From: Dehalococcoidia bacterium
GTDB lineage: Bacteria; Chloroflexota; Dehalococcoidia; Lucifugimonadales; JADFKI01
NCBI GenBank assembly: GCA_963422525.1
Contig: OY730226.1
Coordinates: forward strand, 1,624,524-1,688,523
DNA length: 64,000 nt
Reading direction: 5' to 3'
The notes beneath the pieces are model-generated. The model did not search any database. It had not been told where the DNA came from and saw only the letters and a list, made by a program, of their open reading frames with translations. The position numbers and the translations under genes were made by a program. This document shows, piece after piece, positions 58,219 through 64,000 of the stretch; position 1 is the first letter of the stretch, and each line of letters starts with the position of its first letter.

Positions 58219-59392
58219 ATGAAATTTGCCAGTCGGATAGAGAAGGTTCCACCATATCTCTTTGTGGAGATTAGCAGGAAGATAGCGGAGAAGAAGGCGC
58301 AGGGTGTAGATGTCATCAGCTTCGGCATCGGTGACCCGGATATCCCTACGCCGGACAATGTAATAGAGAGGCTGCGTAAGACGGCTCTGGACGGCCCGAA
58401 TCACCGCTATCCTGAGACGGACGGATTGCCGGGGTTTCGGCAATCCGTGGCGGACTGGTATCAGCGCAGGTTTGGCATATCGGTGCATTCGGACAGGGAG
58501 ACGCTGCCGCTTATCGGGGCGAAGGAGGGGATAGGGCATGCGGCGCTGTGCTTCATAGAGCCGGGGGACATCGCGCTGGTACCTGATCCGGGCTATCCGG
58601 TGTATTCGGTGGGCACATGGTTTGCGGGCGGCGAGTGCCACTGGATGCCACTGCTTGAGGAGAACGGCTGGATGCCGGACCTGGACGCTATTCCGGAGGA
58701 TGTGGCAGACAAGGCGAAGGTGATTTGGCTGAACTATCCGAACAATCCTACGGGCGCAATCGTGGACGCCGATTATTTCGGCAAGGTGGTGGAGTTTCGC
58801 TAAGTCGCACGACATAGCGGTGATGCACGACGCTTCTTATTCCGAGGTGGCGTTCGACGGCTACCGTCCTATCAGTTTCTTGGAAACGCCGGGCGCAATC
58901 GATGTTGGCGTGGAGTTTCATTCGTTGTCCAAGAGCTACAATATGACGGGTTGGCGGCTGGGCATGGCGGTTGGCAACGAGGACATTATCAGCGCGTTGA
59001 TGGTCATCAAGTCGAACCTCGACTCCGGAGCGCCGAACGCGATTCAGTACATGGGCATGGAGGCGATGGAACTGTCGCAGGACGCGATAGATGAGCGCAA
59101 CGGCGTGTATGAGCGGCGCAGAGACCGGGTAGTGCAGACGCTGCAGGGCATCGGTTTGGACGCCGTCCCGCCGAAGGCGAGCCTATATGTGTGGACGCGC
59201 ATCCCTGATGGCTTCACATCGGCGGAGTTCACTGCGCTGCTGCTGGACGAGGCGAACATCGTGGTTACGCCCGGCAACGGCTATGGGCAGTACGGCGAGG
59301 GCTACATAAGGCTGTCGCTGACGATAGGGGATGATGATATGGAACGAGGGCTGGCGAGGCTGTCTGAGTGGCAGATGCCGGAGCGGGGTTAA
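58219..59392 (+). pseudogene. dapL: LL-diaminopimelate aminotransferase, split by a single-nucleotide frameshift
   Basis: ORF 58156..58803 (true start ATG 58219, MKFASRIEKVPPYLF...NYPNNPTG...KVVEFR*) and ORF 58820..59392 (HDASYSE...SLSKSYNMTGWRLG). Dropping one base near 58795-58798 gives the continuous sequence VVEFAKSHDIAVMHD. Confidence 0.85.
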
Positions 59393-60633
59393 ACACCGAT
59401 GGACGGGATGCGGGAATTGCCCTCATCCTAACCTTCCCCAGGAGAAGGGACAAGGAGGAGAATATCGCTAGACGACTGATTTCGACAAGACCTAGGCTGG
59501 AGCGCGCGATAACCGTGGGCGTGGAGTTGAGGCGACAGCGGGGTCCGTGGAGGCTGAAAGACTCGCTTGCGGAGCTTGCGGAGCTTGCGAGAAGCGCGCG
59601 AGCGTTGGTGGTTGACACGCTGTCGCAGCGCATTGACAAGCCTACTCAGGCGTATCTGGGCAAGGGCAAGTTGGAGGAACTTAAGGGGCTTATCTACGCC
59701 AAGCGCGCGGGCACAGTCATCTGCGACGACGAGCTGACGCCGACGCAGCAGCGCAACTTGGAGAAGGAACTGGACGGCGTCAAGGTGATAGACCGCACGG
59801 CGCTGATTCTGGATGTGTTCGCGCAGCGGGCGCGCACCAAAGAAGGGCGCTTGCAGGTTGAGCTGGCGCAGCACGAATATCTGCTGCCGAGGCTTGCGGG
59901 GCAGTGGACGCACCTGGAGCGGTTGGGCGGCGGCATCGGCACGCGCGGGCCGGGCGAGACGCAGATTGAGACCGATCGTCGGCTGGTGCGGCGGCGCATT
60001 CAGAAGCTCAAGGGCGACCTTGCGGATGTGCGGCGACATCGAGCGCAGTACAGGGCGCGTCGCATCGAGATGGAGGTGCCGGTGGTGTCGCTAGTGGGCT
60101 ATACGAACGCTGGCAAGAGTTCACTGCTGAACCGACTGACCAAGGCTGATGTGGTAGCTGAGAATAGGCTGTTTTCGACTCTTGACCCGATAACGCGGCA
60201 TATTATGACGCCAAAGGGGCGTGATGTTCTTCTGACAGACACGGTGGGCTTCATACAGAAATTGCCGACGGCAGTGGTCGCGGCATTCAGGGCGACGCTG
60301 GAAGAGGTGCAAGAGTCGACGCTAGTGCTGCATGTGCTGGACATCACACATCCTAACGCGGCTCAGATGGCGGATGTGGTTGACGGAATCCTCGCAGAAT
60401 TGGGTGTCTCGGACAAGCCTCGGCTGCTGGCGCTGAACAAGGTTGACCTGCTGGACGAGCATGCGGATGCGGAGACGCTCAGCCGTGCGCTGCAAATTGC
60501 GGATGGTGAACTTGGCGGCGTGTTCACATCGGCGGAGACGGGGACAGGGCTTGACGCGCTGCTGGATGAGATTGACGCCGCGTTGGATGTAGAGGCGGGG
60601 GCCGATAGGATGGAGAGGGTATGGGTGGGCTGA
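59368..60633 (+). CDS. hflX: GTPase HflX
   Basis: HflX N-domain (ERAITVGV...[10 protein letters not shown]), GPGETQIE and the G1 motif [10 protein letters not shown]. The start is uncertain because the region 59419-59450 is a REP-like element. Confidence 0.9.
   Translation: MADAGAGLNTDGRDAGIALILTFPRRRDKEENIARRLISTRPRLERAITVGVELRRQRGPWRLKDSLAELAELARSARALVVDTLSQRIDKPTQAYLGKGKLEELKGLIYAKRAGTVICDDELTPTQQRNLEKELDGVKVIDRTALILDVFAQRARTKEGRLQVELAQHEYLLPRLAGQWTHLERLGGGIGTRGPGETQIETDRRLVRRRIQKLKGDLADVRRHRAQYRARRIEMEVPVVSLVGYTNAGKSSLLNRLTKADVVAENRLFSTLDPITRHIMTPKGRDVLLTDTVGFIQKLPTAVVAAFRATLEEVQESTLVLHVLDITHPNAAQMADVVDGILAELGVSDKPRLLALNKVDLLDEHADAETLSRALQIADGELGGVFTSAETGTGLDALLDEIDAALDVEAGADRMERVWVG
59419..59450 (+). 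repeat. REP-like hairpin element
   Basis: gccctcatcctaaccttccccaggagaaggga. Confidence 0.55.
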
Positions 60634-60726
60634 CGCAATTTTTGCGGGGATGCGCAGGACTGATAGGGACGGCCTTTTTGATAAAAGCGCCGTCCCTTAT
60701 GGCGTAGTTAGGAAGGCGATAGATTT

Positions 60727-61140
60727 GTGTGGCTGAATATAGGGATTGGTCTAATCGCCGCTATTCTCTCTGGCGCTGTAGTGGGATTGGTGATTGATGA
60801 AAGCGCCGCAGGATACTATATTCCGAATTTCGTGGAGCGAACTCTAGCTGCGGCGCTACCGATTGGATGCGCGCTTGGAGCATTCTTCGGGCTGCGGGCG
60901 TTGGCGCGCATGGGATTGGGACGGATAGGTCTTGTCAACAGATTCCTGTGGCTAGACATCGTGATAGGTCTATTCGTCGCCGCGCTTTGGTCTGCTATGG
61001 TGCAGTTGATACTTGGCGAAATTGGCGCAGATTTCAATTCAGTTAGGTTCCTGAGAGGAACTTTAATCGCAGCCGTGATGTTCGGAGGCGCCGTTACGAT
61101 ATTTTTCGGGCTGCGGCTGCTGGCAAGAAAATTGCGTTAG
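60727..61140 (+). CDS. small 4-TM membrane protein built from two 2-TM modules (paralog A)
   Basis: The modules are WLNIGIGLI...FFGLRALARMGLGRIGLVNRF and LWLDIVIGLF...FFGLRLLARKLR. Paralogous to 61942..62433. Confidence 0.55.
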   Translation: MWLNIGIGLIAAILSGAVVGLVIDESAAGYYIPNFVERTLAAALPIGCALGAFFGLRALARMGLGRIGLVNRFLWLDIVIGLFVAALWSAMVQLILGEIGADFNSVRFLRGTLIAAVMFGGAVTIFFGLRLLARKLR

Positions 61141-61620
61141 CCCCAAGTGGAATTGTAATCGACATTCCTGTGAAATCCGTATCAAGCGATCCGCAGAGTC
61201 TAACTACTCTAACCTCACCAGAGCAATTTTCTCATTGGCGTATAAAAGGGGTTGTGCGTGAGTAAGTTTACCCTGCATGATTAGTACATCAGGTTCAAAC
61301 ATTTGGGTTGTACACTTATCAGCAGGCTAATAAAGGAGAATGTTCTTCAATATGTTGGTCGCGGTCGATTGCTGATATTGCTTTATATTGCGCTGGGCGC
61401 TCTGCCCAGTGCTGGGAAAGTATAGATTTAATCGTAAAGGAGAATAAATTGACGATTGAAAACGATCAGTCCGTGGATAGGTCTGTTATTCGCAATCTGG
61501 TTAGGCGGTATATCAGGACGCCTAGCAAGTCAGCTATGAGACGCAAGACTAATGCTCTTCCGGCTCAGTTCACTTTGACCGACGTTAGTTCGTCCGGCTG
61601 GGGTTCGGAAGCGGCGGGGA

Positions 61621-61878
61621 TTGCTTATTCCTATTATCTGCGCGCTTGCAGGGATGTGTCTAATGACAGGCGTACCTGTCTGTCAGAAGGCGCGGGAGCA
61701 GTGGGATGCCGACATTATGTCTGATGTTGAGCAACTCTCTAACGAGGCGCTCTTCAACGCTGTTGGTGGCATCAAAGATGAGATTGAAGACGAACTGTCG
61801 GGCATCCTTCGGGACATCCGGAACGAAGTTCGAGATCTTGCAGAAACGCTCATGTGGCGAGCACTCCACCAGAAATAG
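61621..61878 (+). CDS. small single-TM protein with an acidic helical tail (hypothetical)
   Basis: TTG start. LLIPIICALAGMCLMTG followed by DEIEDELSGILRDIRNEVRDLAE. It overlaps the 3' end of ORF 61308..61724, whose likely start is TTG 61449 after AAGGAGA. The two may be one frameshifted gene. Confidence 0.35.
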   Translation: MLIPIICALAGMCLMTGVPVCQKAREQWDADIMSDVEQLSNEALFNAVGGIKDEIEDELSGILRDIRNEVRDLAETLMWRALHQK

Positions 61879-61892
61879 CAGTTCAGAGGCCC

Positions 61893-61943
61893 CTTACTCG
61901 CGTGCAGGAGGCGGCCAGCGCTTGCGCGCGAGTAAGATTCTTT
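61893..61943 (+). terminator. stem-loop (10-bp perfect arms CTTACTCGCG / CGCGAGTAAG) followed by ATTCTTT
   Basis: The arms are at 61893-61902 and 61927-61936. Confidence 0.4.
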
Positions 61944-62433
61944 GACGACACATAATAGATACATTGCTCTCTTTGCGCGTATGAATAAAGATAATGGGAC
62001 TGCGTGGTTAGACATAACAATAGGTCTGTTTGTCTCGATCCTATACGCCGGTGGAGCGGCGTTGATATCGATGCGAGGCGATATTGGCGTAGATTTCAAA
62101 CTCGCTATCTTCGTAGAACGAACTCTGCTTGGAGCGGTGTCGGTGGGAGGGACGCTTGGATTGTTCTTCGGATTGCGGACGTTGGCGCGTATGGGATTGC
62201 GCCGGATAGGTCTTATCAATAGGTTCTTGTGGTTAGACGTAGCCATTGCTCTTTTCGCCGCTGTTCTCTGGGCGATTGGAGTGGTGTTGGTACTTGACGA
62301 AAGGTTCGATCTCACGAACTTCGTGGGGCGAATTGGGGTTAGCGCAGCAATACTTGGCATCGCGCTTGGGTTATTCTACGGGCTGCGGGGGTTGGCGCGT
62401 GTGGGGTTGCGGCGTATAGGCCTTATCAAGTGA
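61942..62433 (+). CDS. small 4-TM membrane protein built from two 2-TM modules (paralog B)
   Basis: The modules are AWLDITIGLF...FFGLRTLARMGLRRIGLINRF and LWLDVAIALF...FYGLRGLARVGLRRIGLIK. ATG 61981 is an alternative start. Confidence 0.55.
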   Translation: MTTHNRYIALFARMNKDNGTAWLDITIGLFVSILYAGGAALISMRGDIGVDFKLAIFVERTLLGAVSVGGTLGLFFGLRTLARMGLRRIGLINRFLWLDVAIALFAAVLWAIGVVLVLDERFDLTNFVGRIGVSAAILGIALGLFYGLRGLARVGLRRIGLIK

Positions 62434-62925
62434 GACCGGAGCAATGAACTCAAAAATGAATGAGCGCGCGCTTCAAGCGTGGGAGCATCAAAACTCTGGC
62501 CGGGCGTCCAACTTACCGGGTTGGGCGCCTGCTTGTGTCTTGGCAACGGAAGAGGGGAGCGCTTCAAGAGCCTCGGGATGGAGCGGCGCTCATAAGCATA
62601 TATTCGCACTATAATTCTTATGTAAAGTAAGAGGGTTCCCACAATCACTTAGTTGACATAATGTGGGGCGAGGCGTTTTCCCATCCCTGCGAGGGGCTTC
62701 CGGTCAAAATGCAATCGCTGATTACGGATGGGCCGGAATTACGGGATGCCGGAATTCCGGGATGGGAGAAAACGCCTTCTCAGAATCGCCGTAGAGCCTC
62801 TGCTTGCCTATCCTGGTGTTATGAGACCTGACGCGCGCGAAATGGAGCATTTTGCGATGCAGGCGCGGGTGTACATGTGGCTCGAACTCCTTGGCGCAAG
62901 AGCCTGCAGATATGTGCTACTCAAC

Positions 62926-62954
62926 TTGACACTGCACAGCGCGGACATTAACAT
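62926..62954 (+). promoter_or_regulatory. candidate promoter of tRNA-Phe/tRNA-Gly (TTGACA, 17-nt spacer, TAACAT)
   Basis: The -10 ends 10 nt before the tRNA-Phe 5' end. Confidence 0.5.
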
Positions 62955-62964
62955 GATGCGTAGA

Positions 62965-63040
<76 letters not shown>

Positions 63041-63086
63041 CACGCAAAGCGGTCAGCGTTGAGCGTTGGCAGCAGGTTTGTAGCAA

Positions 63087-63162
63087 GCGGAAGTAGCTCA
63101 GTTGGTAGAGCATCTCCTTGCCAAGGAGAAGGTCGCGGGTTCGAGTCCCGTCTTCCGCTCCA
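63087..63162 (+). tRNA. tRNA-Gly (anticodon GCC) with encoded CCA
   Basis: Hand fold. The acceptor stem GCGGAAG pairs with CTTCCGC. The anticodon arm is TCTCC-TTGCCAA-GGAGA. The T-loop is TTCGAGT. The 3' end is T-CCA. Confidence 0.9.
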
Positions 63163-63187
63163 CTTTTCCTCTATCCGCTTTCCTTCG

Positions 63188-64000
63188 TTAAGCGCCGATG
63201 CTGACGGCGCCAGCCTTTTGCAACGCCGCAAGCAATCCCAAGCCTGATTCGACCGGTCGGCCCGGCTCGAAGCCAACATCATTAAGGTCGTCCAGGCTTA
63301 TATCCAAATCTGCGCCCGTTTCGTGGAATATCACCACGCGGTTGTCAAAGAGGACGGAAGCCGCGCCCAACAGCATTAGCATCTTGTCCCTGGCTGCCTT
63401 GATGTCGGGGGCGCCGCCGAAAATAAGTATTGCGGCGCTGGAACTTCTCATGGCGTCGACAGCCTGCGCTTGCAGCATCAAGCCTGTGTAGTCTGCCGTT
63501 GATGGGCTGTCGCTTAGGATGCCAAAGCCGTCCAGCATCGATGCGACGAACCGAGCCGCGTCGGAGGCGCCGATGTGTCCGATGAATATCTTGCTTGCGC
63601 CCGCGGTGCGCGGTGCGCTGATTGGCGAGGGCGTCTGCTGACGGGGCGAGTCAGGCGGCTCCGGCGATACGGTAGTCGGAGCGGACAGGTTACCCAACCT
63701 CACGGTTTGCGCGCCGCCTTCGTCGGCGATTATGCCTGCGAAAGCGCCGTTGCTGCGAATAATGCGCAAGCACTCTTTCACCAGCCCGGCGGGAACGCCT
63801 AGTTCGCGCTGCAGCAGGCTGTGGACGTAGGTGTCTTCCGGCAGGCGCTTGCCGTCGAGCATCTCGTAGAACTTGCCGAAAATCTCGGGATTCATGGCGG
63901 CTGCGGCGATCGCGCAGGCGCTTTCGGCATCGGCGGATGCGACGGCGCACTCGCCGAGTTCTGTGATGCGTATATCAGTGTCGTTGTAGCCGCCCTGAGT
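63188..64000 (-). CDS. hypothetical protein with a C-terminal TIR-like (pfam10137-like) domain; possibly partial at the window end
   Basis: Track ORF 63188..63895. The frame stays open upstream to the window edge (my translation: TQGGYNDTDIRITELGECAV...AAAAMNPEIF). The C-terminal KIFIGHIGASD...AAILIFGGAPD...ARDKMLMLLGAASVLFDNRVVIFHE resembles bacterial TIR-like nucleotide-binding domains. Confidence 0.5.
   Translation of the reverse strand, partial: TQGGYNDTDIRITELGECAVASADAESACAIAAAAMNPEIFGKFYEMLDGKRLPEDTYVHSLLQRELGVPAGLVKECLRIIRSNGAFAGIIADEGGAQTVRLGNLSAPTTVSPEPPDSPRQQTPSPISAPRTAGASKIFIGHIGASDAARFVASMLDGFGILSDSPSTADYTGLMLQAQAVDAMRSSSAAILIFGGAPDIKAARDKMLMLLGAASVLFDNRVVIFHETGADLDISLDDLNDVGFEPGRPVESGLGLLAALQKAGAVSIGA

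Overview
This 64-kb window is a gene-dense bacterial chromosomal segment of moderately high GC, judged by eye. It is mostly housekeeping. I saw no rRNA, CRISPR array, transposase or prophage.

Blocks in order:
- A partial HpcH-type aldolase, an esterase, a flavin reductase and a metallophosphoesterase.
- tsaE-tsaB, ndk and rsfS.
- A disrupted lutA-lutB-[HNH]-lutC lactate-utilisation operon.
- Glycerate kinase, an RHH/PIN toxin-antitoxin pair and an nfeD-stomatin pair.
- uvrC, a xerD-like recombinase, lgt, recJ, fabF, mtaB, an MBL hydrolase, a class-III aminotransferase and pepA.
- A wHTH regulator, tRNA-His, an MBL hydrolase, tRNA-Arg and a CocE/NonD hydrolase.
- hisZ-hisG-[unknown metal hydrolase]-hisD-hisC-hisB.
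- A coiled-coil nuclease-like gene.
- purS, purC, purE, purD, a MazG-like gene and guaA.
- tsaC, a polyprenyl-synthase-like gene, pgk, apgM, tpiA and miaA.
- A DNA-methylase remnant next to a giant DUF2339-like membrane protein.
- dapF, a frameshifted dapL and hflX.
- A small lower-GC islet with two paralogous membrane proteins, then tRNA-Phe and tRNA-Gly.
- A partial gene with a TIR-like C-terminal domain.

All four tRNAs encode their CCA ends.

The gene content (archaeal-type apgM, the dapL route, HisZ) and the GGGAGGGG-type intergenic hairpins would fit a Chloroflexota-like genome. I cannot establish that without a database search.

Most noteworthy observations:
1. An HNH endonuclease gene sits between lutB and lutC. 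It can only initiate inside a diverged 141-bp duplicate of the lutB 3' end.
2. Four coding lesions are clustered in lutA and lutB, and a separate frameshift splits dapL.
3. An uncharacterised PLC/P1-nuclease-like metal hydrolase is translationally coupled into the his operon. It is a candidate for the missing histidinol-phosphate phosphatase.
4. HisZ co-occurs with a long-form HisG.
5. A near-identical 405-bp in-frame tandem duplication lies in the DUF2339-like gene.
6. There is a family of REP-like hairpin elements, one of which supplies the tail and stop codon of purD.

Gene starts I moved away from the ORF track are my own judgement, based on RBS position, homolog N-termini and overlaps, and are uncertain.
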